A stretch of 64,000 nt of DNA, taken from the NCBI GenBank assembly GCA_963708025.1, contig CAVPSB010000031.1, positions 1-64,000 of the forward strand, written 5' to 3'. Position 1 is the stretch's first letter. Every line of letters begins with the position of its first letter. The translations under genes were made by a program, and so were the position numbers. The stretch comes from an uncultured Candidatus Rokubacteria bacterium (GTDB lineage Bacteria > Methylomirabilota > Methylomirabilia > Rokubacteriales > DASRDR01). Below are positions 43,678 through 54,278 of the stretch, piece after piece. Under the pieces are notes generated by a model that was given only the letters and a program-made list of their open reading frames with translations, was not told where the DNA came from and ran no database searches.

Positions 43678-44798
43678 TGTCAACTCTTGACGGCGCGGGC
43701 GCTGTCCCTCTGGCAAATGCGCTCGCGCAGTTATTGCCCACGGCGGACGAGACTTTGTTTCTGCGGGCATGCGTTGACCGGGGCCCGGCCGGCGCGTCGG
43801 CCTGGCGCACGTGGCGCTCGCGGCACTCGCTTGCCGCTGAGCTGGAACGCGGGCGCGGCGCGTTCAAGCATCTGGTCCCTGTGTTAGCTTTTGCGCTCGA
43901 ACAGAGTCGAGCCGATCTCGAACCGTCCGATTTGCCCGTGCTCCGCGCCGCGCGCTTGCGCGAAGGGCTGCGCAGTCAGAAGTACTGCGAAATCCTACTG
44001 GAAGCGCTCGCGGGGCTCGGACCAAGTCCGGATGCACTGCTGCTCAAAGGGGAGGTACTCTCTCAAACCGTCTATCCTGCCGCGGGCTTGCGGCACTCGC
44101 ATGATATTGACGTCCTGATCCGAGGGTCAGATTTGGAACGGGCGGTTGCGGCGTTGAGGCGTTCTCGATTTCAACCGCAAGGCGAAGCATACCGGCAGAG
44201 CGCGGACGATCGCACGCTGGTCCATTCGAGCGGCCTGCCCCTTGAACTGCATACATCGCTCTTTGCGCAACCCACAGGGACATCCTTTACAGAGCAAGCG
44301 CGGGCGCGCCGCGTTCAAGCGGTTATTGAGACGGGTGGGGAGGGTCGCCGTGAGACCCGCGTGCAGACCCTCGCGCGTCCGGATGCCCTGGTGCACGTGC
44401 TTGGACACGGGTTCGATGCGGGGCCGCGCGGGTCATTGATGTGGGTGAGCGACGCGTATTTCTTGATTCACAACACGCCCGCGTTGGATTGGGGCGAGGT
44501 GTCGGCCGGCGCGGTCCGGGCGCAACGAGGACTCGCACTGTACTTGACGCTGCGCTATCTCCGGTCCGGGCTCGATGTGCCTGTGCCTGTAGAGACAATC
44601 GGACAATTACAATCCGCGGCACAGGATGCCTCGTATGTAGAGTATGGGCGGGCGTTGTCGGTGCTGCGGCGTAGTGGGCGAGGTGGATATCGCCGGCTGC
44701 TCGCGCAGACCGGCAGCGTCCGCGAAGGCGTGATTCTGGCGCGGTGGATGGTCCGGCGTCGCAACCTGGCCGCGGTCCGGGCGCGCTGGGGTTTGTAA
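43677..44798 (+). CDS. Nucleotidyltransferase-family protein (NTP_transf_5-like)
   Basis: LLKG...Y...LRHSHDIDVLI...LELH. Confidence 0.85.
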   Translation: MSTLDGAGAVPLANALAQLLPTADETLFLRACVDRGPAGASAWRTWRSRHSLAAELERGRGAFKHLVPVLAFALEQSRADLEPSDLPVLRAARLREGLRSQKYCEILLEALAGLGPSPDALLLKGEVLSQTVYPAAGLRHSHDIDVLIRGSDLERAVAALRRSRFQPQGEAYRQSADDRTLVHSSGLPLELHTSLFAQPTGTSFTEQARARRVQAVIETGGEGRRETRVQTLARPDALVHVLGHGFDAGPRGSLMWVSDAYFLIHNTPALDWGEVSAGAVRAQRGLALYLTLRYLRSGLDVPVPVETIGQLQSAAQDASYVEYGRALSVLRRSGRGGYRRLLAQTGSVREGVILARWMVRRRNLAAVRARWGL

Positions 44799-44940
44799 AG
44801 ATGAGTTACCTAATGATGGTCCTGTAGGGCGCAAGAACCGCATCACGCTGCGTGCTCATAGACACAACATCGATGCTGACGGCAATCAGTTCGACTTCAC
44901 AGTGGCTCTCGGCGGGAGCACGGTCGGCTATCGCACCCCT

Positions 44941-45025
44941 AGCCGGACCGGCGCAGCTCACCCAGCGTGCGGGGCCTGACGGGATCGGACATTCGGGCCT
45001 CCTCCGGCGCCCCGGTCGGGGGCGC
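44941..45025 (-). repeat. Copy of the 5' end of the chelatase-like gene (8002-8085)
   Basis: Near-identical ~85 bp. Confidence 0.9.
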
Positions 45026-45081
45026 TCGCCTCCATCCTACTCCACCAGTCCGGTAGAATGGCGCGCGAGGAGGCGGGGACG

Positions 45082-45130
45082 ATGACGGCGTGGACGATCC
45101 TCGTGATGGCGAGCCTGTGCGAGGTGGTGT
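45082..45130 (+). pseudogene. SMR/SugE-like N-terminal fragment
   Basis: GAGGAGG + MTAWTILVMASLCEVV (W..L....E pattern); only 16 codons. Confidence 0.5.
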
Positions 45131-45292
45131 CGACGTGCTGGCGTGCCCTCGCTGTGGCGGGCGGCTGCGCGTGATCGCCACGGTCGAGGACCCGCTCGCG
45201 GTACGCCAGATCCTCGCCGCCCGGCGTCCGGCCGAGACGCTCAGGCCTGGCCGCCGGCCCCGGCCGGGGCCCCGCCATCGCACCTGACCTCC
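45131..45292 (+). pseudogene. IS91-like transposase 3' fragment
   Basis: DVLACPRCGGRLRVIATVEDPLAVRQILAAR, matches 17961-18053. Confidence 0.9.
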
Positions 45293-45565
45293 GCCGACTG
45301 AGTGCCGCCTCGTGCGACGACGGATGAGAAGTCTGCGCCGGGTTCGCTGAGCTGGCAGGCGCCCCCGGAGGGCAACGACCAGGCGGTTGAGTAAGGGACT
45401 CGAACCCGCGATCGAGCCGCGATCGCGCTGTCGCCTGGCGTCTCAGTGTGCTGCATGCGATGAAGCGTCGAAGCCGCGGGACGCCGTCCACACGTCGGAC
45501 CGGCCCGCGAGATTTCTGGCCCCGCCCTACGGCCGTTCGACATACCATGCAGGGCGGAGCTGATC

Positions 45566-47392
45566 ATGAATCCGACCACGAGGAAGACCCCTCGGGCGCT
45601 CGAACGGCAGGCCGCGGCGATCCGCCGCCTCGAGGTCCGCGCCCAGCGACCGAGCAGACGGGAGCTCCTGCGGGCGGGAGCCCTCACGGCCGGGGCCGCT
45701 CTGATGTCGCCGGCGCTCGCGGCGGCTCTGGCACCGCCCAAGACCGTGGCCCGCAACCGGACGCTGGTCGTGGTGTGGGGAGGCCGCGAAGGGCGGTGGG
45801 TGGACCACGAGCTGTGGAACCCCTACGCCGTCGGGTCCAATCACCAGAACGGACCCGGCCTCCTCTACGAGCCCCTGGCGTACTACAGCGCGTTCGCGGA
45901 CAAGCAGCACCCCTGGCTGGCCTCGAGCCACCGCTACAGCCTCGACGCCCGGGAGCTGACCATCAAGACCCGGCCCGGCATCAGGTGGAGCGACGGCGCA
46001 CCATTCGGCGCGGACGACGTGGCCTACACCCTGAACAGCCTCCGCGACCTTGGCCCCAAGGTGAGATGGGGCGTCGACGTCCAGCAGTTCATGCAGGAGG
46101 CCCGGGCCACGGATGCGAGCACGGTCGTGGTCCGGTTCAAGGTACCGGCGCCTCGGTTCTTCCACTTCCTGACTTACAAGTACGACATCGGCGTCTACGT
46201 CGTGCCGAAGCACATCTTCCAGGGCCAGGACTGGACCACGTTCAAGCACTTCGATCCGGACAAGGGCTGGCCGGTCACCACCGGCCCCTGGAAGGTGGCC
46301 TTTGCCTCGCCTCAGCAGAAGGTGCTCGACCGGCGAGACGAATGGTGGGCGGCGAAGGCCGGTCTCGCGCCGATGCCCAGGGTCGAGCGCAACGTCTGGC
46401 TCCCGTCTGCCGGCGAGCAGACGGTCGCGCAGGCGCTCATCACGAACCAGATCGACACCGCCATGTCCATGCAACCCAGCACCATCCAGACCATCTTCCG
46501 GCAGAATCCCCGGATCATCACCCACACGGGCGAGAAGCTGCCCTATGGCTACATGGATTGGTGGCCGTATTCCCTGTACGTGAACAACGAGCGGCCGCCG
46601 TTCGACGACAAGGACGTCCGGTGGGCGCTCAGCTACTTCATCGACCGGCAGCGGGTCGTCGAGGTCAGCTTTGCCGGGGCCGCGGAGCCGTCGCCCCTTC
46701 CAATGCCCTCCTACCCGGCGCTGCGTCCCTACATCGACTCGGTCAGGGATCTCCTGGCGAAGCACGACACGCTGGAGTTCAGTCCCAAGAAGGGCGAGGA
46801 GATTCTCGTCAGGAAAGGCTGGAAGAGAGACGGCGTGGGCTTCTGGGAAGACGCCCGGGGCAACCGCCTCACCCTGGATATCATCGGATTCGGGGCGAGT
46901 GGCCCCGCGACGGGGCCCGTGGTGGCGGAGCTGCTGAGGCGCCAGGGCGTTGACGCCCGGTTCAGCCTGCCGCCGGATTTCGACGACCGCTTCCAGAAGG
47001 GTCACTACGCCGGCGCGATCTACGGGCACGGCGGGAGCGTGAACGACCCGTACCACACCCTCCGGCTCTACCAGAGCTCAACCGTGGCGGTGCCGGGCGG
47101 CCACCTCGTCAACTTTTCCCGCTGGAAGAACGCAGCTTACGACAAGATCGTGGACGAGGTGTTCGTCACCAGCATGAGCGACAGGACGAAGCTCACAGAG
47201 CTGTTCCGCAGGGCCATGGAGATCTGGATTCCCGAGCTGCCCGACATCCCGCTGACGTACAACTACCACCGTATCCCGATGAATACGAGCTACTGGACGA
47301 ACTGGCCGACCGAGCAGAACCCCTACGTCAACGGCGCGTCCTGGCACTTGACGTTCGCCATGGTGCTCTGGAGTCTCCAGCCGACCCAGTAG
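45566..47392 (+). CDS. ABC substrate-binding protein, family 5, Tat signal
   Basis: SRRELL; WSDGAPFGADDVAYT; TGPW; VRWALSYFIDR. Confidence 0.9.
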   Translation: MNPTTRKTPRALERQAAAIRRLEVRAQRPSRRELLRAGALTAGAALMSPALAAALAPPKTVARNRTLVVVWGGREGRWVDHELWNPYAVGSNHQNGPGLLYEPLAYYSAFADKQHPWLASSHRYSLDARELTIKTRPGIRWSDGAPFGADDVAYTLNSLRDLGPKVRWGVDVQQFMQEARATDASTVVVRFKVPAPRFFHFLTYKYDIGVYVVPKHIFQGQDWTTFKHFDPDKGWPVTTGPWKVAFASPQQKVLDRRDEWWAAKAGLAPMPRVERNVWLPSAGEQTVAQALITNQIDTAMSMQPSTIQTIFRQNPRIITHTGEKLPYGYMDWWPYSLYVNNERPPFDDKDVRWALSYFIDRQRVVEVSFAGAAEPSPLPMPSYPALRPYIDSVRDLLAKHDTLEFSPKKGEEILVRKGWKRDGVGFWEDARGNRLTLDIIGFGASGPATGPVVAELLRRQGVDARFSLPPDFDDRFQKGHYAGAIYGHGGSVNDPYHTLRLYQSSTVAVPGGHLVNFSRWKNAAYDKIVDEVFVTSMSDRTKLTELFRRAMEIWIPELPDIPLTYNYHRIPMNTSYWTNWPTEQNPYVNGASWHLTFAMVLWSLQPTQ

Positions 47393-47456
47393 CCGCATCG
47401 CGCAGGTCCACCCGCGCCATGCCGCACCGAAGACACGGTCACTCCGTGCCAGCCGC

Positions 47457-49125
47457 TCATCCTGCCTCCACCGGGACGCCCACCTCCACGCCGCGCGCCC
47501 GCAGCTCCCGCGTCGCGGCGACGAGGTCGGGCCACGCGCGGAGTAGCGCCCCGTAGCCGCGCACGAGCTGCTGGGCGAACACCTGCGCCTCGTCCAGGGT
47601 CCGCTGGCCGGGCGCCGCACCCGGGCCGCCGTAGTGCCGTCCCTCGGGCCCCGCGACCTGGCGGCTGACCACCAGGTCGCGGGGGACGAAGAAGGCGTCG
47701 GTCCGCAGCGCGTCGCGCACGGCGGCCACATGCTGCCGGACGTCCTGGGCCCAGTACGCGGGGGCGTCTCCGTGCTCGCGAAGCAACGCCTCCAGGTGCT
47801 CCAGGTAGCGGGCCTTCTGCGCGAGGAATCGGGTACGGACGAACGTCCGGAAGTCGGGGACCGGCAACTCGCCCAGGGACACGAGGTGGGCACCCAGCGA
47901 GCGCAAGCGTCCCTCGGCATCCGCGCCAGGCGGCGGGGCGTACGAGCGGACGCAGTGGACCATCAGCTCCCCGCTGCGGATCCACGCGGCGGTGCGGGAG
48001 ATGTCCTCGCGGGACCATCGGCGGCCCTCGTCGCTGTCGTGGAGTGCGGCCCAGGGAAGGTGGGCGAAGTAGGCGTCCTCGAAGCACGTGCGCAGCGCGA
48101 TCCGGAAGACGCCGTCCTCGTAGCGCTGGACGGGCATGAAGGGCGGCAAAGGAACGCGGTTGTCGAGGCCGAGCAGGGTGGCCTGGCAGAATCGCCCGTC
48201 GGTGATGGTAGGCCGCGGCACCACGCGCAGCACCTGGCGCGACGCGCAGGCACTCAGGTACGCGGCTTCGGTGCTGGTGAAGCGCTCCCGCGATCCGCCC
48301 GTGAGCAAAAGGAGCCACGTCGGCGAGTACCAGCCGATGTCACCGAACAGGCCGGTGAACGTGATTCGCACCTGGCCGCCGCGGGCGACCACGCGGTCCA
48401 GGAGCTCCGGCGCCCAGCGATCCAGTACGAGGGGCTCGCCCGGAGACCCCCGACAGGCACGCTCCCAGGTCGCGGCCCAGCAAGGGCTCGTGCAGGGCGA
48501 GCGCGTCCATGTCTTCGCAGTGGATCGCGCGCTCCAGCACGGCGCGGTCGCCGAAGAACCAGAAGTCGGCCGGGTTGTAGTTCCCGTAGCCGTCTCCGCG
48601 GCCGGAGAAGAGCTCCAGCCCCCGTGTGCGCGCAGGGGATGGGGCGAGCGCACAGACCACGTCGTCGTCCACGCTCAGGAACGGCTCCCCCGCGTTGGCG
48701 AGCAGGAGCGCGTTCCGGTTCGCCCCCGCCGCGAATCCGCAGCCCATCACGTCCAGCACCCCGAAGCGGGCCACGTCAGGATCGATTCCCAGGCGCGCCA
48801 GCCGGTCCACGAACGTCTCGCGCTCGCGCGGGCCCAGGTAGCGGATCTCCAGTGGGTCCGGGTCCGCCGCACGTAGCGCCGCCAACGCCTCCCGGCACGC
48901 GGCCTGCGTGGTCGGGGCCTCCGAGTTGTCCGCCACGACGAAGCGCGGGCGCCGCCCGTGCCGCCGGGCGTTCTCTCGGAAACTGGCGAGCGCGCGGGTC
49001 ACGCTCCCGACGCGATCGCGGGTGAGCAGCCCAACCACGGACAGGGGTGGCAACGGCTCCGCGGGGCCGATCTGGGCCTCCAGGCGCGTCCGGACTTCCG
49101 CCGCCGTCACCCCGCCTACCCTCAT
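47457..49125 (-). CDS. GT-A-like hypothetical protein (frameshift near 48440)
   Basis: VGLLTRDR, VVADNS, GANRNALLL, SVDDD. Confidence 0.6.
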
Positions 49126-49427
49126 GCGATCGCCCCGGTCATGGCGTAGTCCGGACGTGTCACCGGCTCCGCTCGGACACCTTCCCGGCCGGACCCAAGG
49201 TCATGGCCTCAGGACGCTGCTCATCGAGAGCGCCAGGCGCGATCCCACTCGGCACGCGCGAGGCGAAAGAAGCGGAGCCCACCATGCACCGCATTCTACT
49301 CCGGCGCCGCGTGCAGGGTCGAGGCTGAGCCGCGCCTTCACGGGAATGGACACCGGAGCCGGCGGTGGTGTTCCAACCGCCAAGGCGCGGCGGGTTGGTA
49401 CGACAGGTGCTGTATAGTTGGGGCACG

Positions 49428-50426
49428 TTGAACAGCTACTTCCTGGGCGTCGATGTCGGCGCAACCAAGACCCACGCCTTGCTGGCGGAGGCGTCCGGAA
49501 CGGTCGTCGGCTGCGGCGAGGCCGGTCCGGGAAACCCGTTCCACGTGGGCCACGACGGCCTGCTCCGAGCGATCGCGAGCGCGGTGGAGCAGACGCTCCA
49601 GAGCGCAAGGGTCTCGAAAGCGAGGGTCCGAGGCGCCGGCTTCGGCATCGCCGGCTACAACTGGCCGTCCGAGCACCCCGCCTTGTCACGGACCGTCCAG
49701 GCTCTCGGACTCTCGGCCCCCGTGCACATCGTCAACGACGCGATCATCGGCCTGCTCGCGGGCGCTCCGGCGGGTTGGGGGATCGGACTCGTTGCGGGGA
49801 CCCATTGCAACTGTCGCGGCTGGGATCGCGAGCGGCGAGAGGGCCGTGTCATCGGCTTCAAGATGGGCGAAGCGGCCGGCGCCAAGGCCCTCGTCCAGCA
49901 GGCGGTCTATGCGGTCGCCCGACACTACACGCGCCGCGGCCCGGAGACCGGTCTCACCGCCGCCTTCGTCGGCGCCGTACGGGCTCGCGGCGTCGACGAC
50001 TTGCTCGAAGGGCTGACCTCGGGCCGCTATGCGCTGACCGCGTCCGCGGCGCCGATCGTGTTCGCCGAGGCGGAGCGCGGGGATCCGGTGGCGGGGGAGC
50101 TGATTCGGTGGGCGGGTCGGGAGCTCGGCAGCCTGGCCACCGGTGTCGTCCGACAGCTTGGTCTGGAGGCGGCGGCGTTCGACCTGGTCCTCATCGGCAG
50201 CCTCTTCAGGGGCGGCCCGCGCCTGATCCAGGCCGTCGAGAAGGCCGTTCGCCCGGTCGCCGCACACGCTCGCCTCGTCAGGCTGAAGGCCCCGCCGGTC
50301 GTGGGCGGGGTGTTGTTGGCGATGGAACAGACTGCCTTCGAGCGCGATCGCGTCCACGAAGCCCTCGTCAGCGGCAGTCTCGCATTCGCCGCGCGCGAGC
50401 CCGCGCCGCCGAGCAGCCACGGTTAG
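49428..50426 (+). CDS. BadF/BadG/BcrA/BcrD ATPase (N-acetylglucosamine kinase-like)
   Basis: LGVDVGATKT, VNDA, AGT. Confidence 0.85.
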   Translation: MNSYFLGVDVGATKTHALLAEASGTVVGCGEAGPGNPFHVGHDGLLRAIASAVEQTLQSARVSKARVRGAGFGIAGYNWPSEHPALSRTVQALGLSAPVHIVNDAIIGLLAGAPAGWGIGLVAGTHCNCRGWDRERREGRVIGFKMGEAAGAKALVQQAVYAVARHYTRRGPETGLTAAFVGAVRARGVDDLLEGLTSGRYALTASAAPIVFAEAERGDPVAGELIRWAGRELGSLATGVVRQLGLEAAAFDLVLIGSLFRGGPRLIQAVEKAVRPVAAHARLVRLKAPPVVGGVLLAMEQTAFERDRVHEALVSGSLAFAAREPAPPSSHG

Positions 50427-50436
50427 CGGTGTAAGC

Positions 50437-52212
50437 GTGACCACCCCCAGCTCTCGCGACTCCGTTCGCGTCATCGACGAGCTGGGAATCTCCTACAGTC
50501 CGTCCGTCCCCGCGCCACCTTCGCTGCGCCCCTACGTCGTCAAGCCGCTCGATTCCGGCCTCCTGGTCTTCCGGCGAGACCAGGACCACCGGGTCATCCA
50601 GTGGGTCTCGCTGACGGATGACTCGTCGACCACGCTGGACGAGGCGCACTGCGAGCCTCTTCAGGGCGCGCTCACGATCGACGCCGACCGCGAGGGGATG
50701 CTCTACGTCCTTTCAGAGCGGCTCCGGTGCCTCACCATCCTGGACGCCCGCGGCGCGACGCAGAGCGTGCTCCCGTGGCACCTGCCCGGCGACCCCATCT
50801 CGATACACTGCCTCGACAACGGATCCTTCCTGATCGGCACCTGGAAGCCGGGCGGCCTCCACCTGCTCGACCGGCGGGGCGACGTGCTCTGGAACTGGTC
50901 GCCGGGCAGCGCGATCCTGACCGAGGCCCGCGCGGCGTCGTCGGGTCCCGGCGGCACGTACTACATCGCGGACGCGGGCCTGCATCGAATCATCGCCATC
51001 ACCCACAGCGGCCAGGTGGTCCGTCAGTTCGGGATCGCCGGCTCACCGGGCTACGGGCCGTGCCGCTTCGCCAACCCGTCCATGCTCGAGGTGGATGAGG
51101 ATGGCGGGGTGCTCGTGTGTGACACGCGGAACCACCGCGTGGTGAAGATCGCTGCCGACGGCTCGATGGCCTGGGAGTGGCCGCGACGTGATGGTGCGAC
51201 TCGCCGGCCGACCCAGCTGAGCATGCCCTGGTGCGCCAGGCGACTACACGACGGCGGCCTCGTGATCGCCGACACGTACAACTTCCGCGTCCTCCAGCTC
51301 GACGAGAACCTGGAGATTCTCCGCGCACTAGGCTGCTGCCCCATCAGGGAGCGGAGCCTGTCGCTGCCTCGGTCCGTTCAGCGGGTGGGACGCGGCCGCT
51401 ACCTGATCGCCGACACGTACAACAACCGGGTCGTGGAGATGGACCGCCGCTCGCGCCTTCTCTGGCAATTCGGGAGCGGATCCTCCGAAGACCTTTTTTG
51501 GCCACGGTGCGCGTTCCGCGTCGCCGACGGCCGAACGGTGATCGCCGACAGTCGCAACAACCGGATCCTCTTCGTGGACGGGCCCGGGGGCGAGAAGGTC
51601 ATCAGTGAGGTCAGACGTGGCGCCGAGCGCTCGAACTTCAGAGATCCGCACGACGTCCTGCCGACGCCCGACGGACACCTCATCGTGGCGGACACCGGGA
51701 ACAATCGCATCGTCGAGCTCGGTACGGACGGCGCGTGGCGGTGGACCTTTCCTTCCCCCGCCGAGGCCGCAGAAGGCTGGCGATTGTCGGATCCCCACAA
51801 CGTGAGCCTCGACGACAACGGGCGCCTGCTCGTCTCCGACACCGGCAACGACCGCGTCCTGGTGCTGGAGCGCTGGTCGGGGCGGATCACCGAGCTCAGG
51901 TACCTCTTCCGGCCCGACGGCGGTGTCACGACCCTGAAAGAGCCACGGGGTTGCAGCTTCAACTTCGGCCACTACTTCATCCTGGACTCGGGCACTCCCC
52001 GGGTGATCATTGCCGATGCGCGGCATCGCATCGTGTGGTGCTGGAACGGCTCACTGGGAACGAGTCCGCTGACGCAGGTCCTCCGGCCTCCGCGCTGGAT
52101 GACCGTCCTGTCGCCACGACGGCTCCTGTTGACGGACAGCGTGAATAGTCGCGTAGTGGTTCTCAGGCTGCCCCGGTGGTGGGCATCGAGTCCCCACGCC
52201 GTCTCGGCGTGA
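50437..52212 (+). CDS. NHL-repeat beta-propeller protein
   Basis: About nine P...LIADTxNxRV repeats. Confidence 0.85.
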   Translation: MTTPSSRDSVRVIDELGISYSPSVPAPPSLRPYVVKPLDSGLLVFRRDQDHRVIQWVSLTDDSSTTLDEAHCEPLQGALTIDADREGMLYVLSERLRCLTILDARGATQSVLPWHLPGDPISIHCLDNGSFLIGTWKPGGLHLLDRRGDVLWNWSPGSAILTEARAASSGPGGTYYIADAGLHRIIAITHSGQVVRQFGIAGSPGYGPCRFANPSMLEVDEDGGVLVCDTRNHRVVKIAADGSMAWEWPRRDGATRRPTQLSMPWCARRLHDGGLVIADTYNFRVLQLDENLEILRALGCCPIRERSLSLPRSVQRVGRGRYLIADTYNNRVVEMDRRSRLLWQFGSGSSEDLFWPRCAFRVADGRTVIADSRNNRILFVDGPGGEKVISEVRRGAERSNFRDPHDVLPTPDGHLIVADTGNNRIVELGTDGAWRWTFPSPAEAAEGWRLSDPHNVSLDDNGRLLVSDTGNDRVLVLERWSGRITELRYLFRPDGGVTTLKEPRGCSFNFGHYFILDSGTPRVIIADARHRIVWCWNGSLGTSPLTQVLRPPRWMTVLSPRRLLLTDSVNSRVVVLRLPRWWASSPHAVSA

Positions 52213-52371
52213 CACAGTATCGGCCTGCGTTCCGGCATCGGTTGCTCTCGCGCGCCTGATTCTCGGGTGCGCGGCGGGGAAGACCAACACGGTCGTCACG
52301 CGGGAGCTCACGTGACGAAGCAAACCGTGGTGAAGTGGCGGAGCCGGTTTGTCCCGAAGTGACTCTTCCGG

Positions 52372-52557
52372 CGTACCGGCGCCCGCATGCCGGCCGCGGC
52401 GGGCGCTGCCCGTTGCCGTCTCTCCCGCCAAGTGTCGCAGCCAGGTGCCACGACCTTGACACCGCCCGCGCCGGTCGCGCAGCATCGGAGCGGAGGGGGC
52501 TTTGTCCGCCAGCCCCCCTGGGGGGACGGCCGAGAATGGGCCTTCATGTCGCCTAGC
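52372..52557 (+). repeat. IS91-like 3' end remnant, unoccupied variant
   Basis: Matches 18195-18333; ends agaatgggccttcatgtcgcctagc. Confidence 0.75.
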
Positions 52558-52678
52558 CTCACCTCAGGAAGAAGTTCGGGGCGATCTACCGGGGCGAGCG
52601 GAGGCGGATTGTCCCGGCGGCAGGCGGGAATGGACGGCGCGGCCGGTCGAGCCGGTCGAAGCGCCAGGGAGGTCGATC

Positions 52679-54229
52679 ATGACGCGAGCGGGATGGACGA
52701 GGCGGGAGATCTTGCAGGCCGGCGCCGCGCTGGCCTGCGCCACGGCGACGGCGGGATGGCCGCGGCGGGCCCCGGCCCAGGGCACCCCCGCCGGCGTCGG
52801 AACGCTGCGGCTCGGTGTCGGGGCGCTGCCGGCGACCCTGGACCCGCACCGGAACACGGCGGGCGTGTCGATGGCGACCTACTTCCAGCTCTACAACGGC
52901 CTCACCCGCATCGACGAGGCCGGCCAGCTCCAGCCGGGACTCGCCGAGTCCTGGCGCTGGGTGAACGACCGGGTCTTCCAGCTCAAGCTGCGGAAGGGCG
53001 TGTCGTTCCACAACGGCGAGGCCTTCGACGCCGACACGGTCAAGTGGAATGTCGAGCGCATCCTGAGCGCGGACACCAAGTCGCCGGTGAAGGACCGCAT
53101 CCCGACCGTCACCGGCGTCGAGGTGGTGGACGGGCTCACCGTCAACCTGGTCAACGGCGGGCCCTCGGGGCTCCTCCCCCGCGCGCTTGCCGTCGTCTTC
53201 CAGATCCCGCCCGGCTACTACCAGGCCAAGGGGGCGAACGAGTTCGTGCGCCAGCCGGTGGGCACCGGCCCGTTCCGCTTCGTCTCGGGCACGCCCGGCG
53301 ACAACCAGACGCTGGAAGCGTTCGCGGGCTACTGGGAGGGCGCGCCGAAGCTCCGGCAGGTGTTCATGCGGGTCATGAAGGAGGACGGGGCGCGGGTGGC
53401 GGCGCTGGAGGCGGGCGACGTCAACATGATCCAGAACGTGCCGCCCGACCAGGCCAAGCGCCTCGGCGCCGCCGGGTTCCCGGTCGTCTCGGAGCTGATG
53501 GCGCGCCAGCACTTCTGCATCGCCAACAGCGTGCTGGAGGGCGGCGGGCCCTTCAAGGATCCGCGGGTCCGCCAGGCACTGAACTACGCGGTCGACAAGG
53601 AGGCGATCCTCAGCCGGATCTTCTTCGGCTACGGGAAGCTCGCCGAGGGCCAGTTCGTCGACTCCCGGGCGGTCGGGTACAACAAGACGCTCCGGCGCTT
53701 CCCTCACGATCCCGCCAAGGCCAAGGGGCTCCTGGCCGCGGCCGGGGTCGGGAGCTCGCCCGTCACCTTCTGGGCGACCCAGGGCGTCTATCTCAAGGAC
53801 AAGGAGACGATCGAGGCGGTCGCCGGCTATCTGAGCGACGTCGGGTTGAACGTGCAGATCAACCAGGTCGAGTGGGCGAAGTTCACCGAGGTCGGGTATG
53901 GCTCAAAGATGACCGGGCTCAACCTGCAGGGCTGGAACTACTTCCCGGTGATGGACGCCGACTTCATCATCACCCACTACAAATCGGCGAACAAGCCGGC
54001 GTGGTACGCCAACGAGAAGTTCGACGAGCTGTACCGGAAGTCAACGGTGACCACCGACCCGGCCCAGCGGGCTCAGATCCTCGCCGAGGCCCAGCAAGTC
54101 CTGCACGACGATCCGCCGGGGATCTACCTTCTCCACCCGCCCGACATGTTCGCGCTGAGCCGGAAGGTCCAGGGGTTCAAGCCGCGCTGGGACGCCACCA
54201 TCCCGCTCCTCGGCGTCACCAAGGCCTGA
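52679..54229 (+). CDS. ABC peptide/nickel substrate-binding protein (family 5), Tat signal
   Basis: TRREIL; LRKGVSFHNG; PVGTGPF; VRQALNYAVD. Confidence 0.95.
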   Translation: MTRAGWTRREILQAGAALACATATAGWPRRAPAQGTPAGVGTLRLGVGALPATLDPHRNTAGVSMATYFQLYNGLTRIDEAGQLQPGLAESWRWVNDRVFQLKLRKGVSFHNGEAFDADTVKWNVERILSADTKSPVKDRIPTVTGVEVVDGLTVNLVNGGPSGLLPRALAVVFQIPPGYYQAKGANEFVRQPVGTGPFRFVSGTPGDNQTLEAFAGYWEGAPKLRQVFMRVMKEDGARVAALEAGDVNMIQNVPPDQAKRLGAAGFPVVSELMARQHFCIANSVLEGGGPFKDPRVRQALNYAVDKEAILSRIFFGYGKLAEGQFVDSRAVGYNKTLRRFPHDPAKAKGLLAAAGVGSSPVTFWATQGVYLKDKETIEAVAGYLSDVGLNVQINQVEWAKFTEVGYGSKMTGLNLQGWNYFPVMDADFIITHYKSANKPAWYANEKFDELYRKSTVTTDPAQRAQILAEAQQVLHDDPPGIYLLHPPDMFALSRKVQGFKPRWDATIPLLGVTKA

Positions 54230-54278
54230 TCGTCGGAGGGGGCTACCGGATCGGACGGAGCCCCCTCCGAGCCTCCCC

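Noticed and set aside
45383-45410. tRNA-like GGGTTCGAGTCCC on the minus strand
   Set aside because: I could not fold acceptor, D or anticodon arms; at most a 3' remnant
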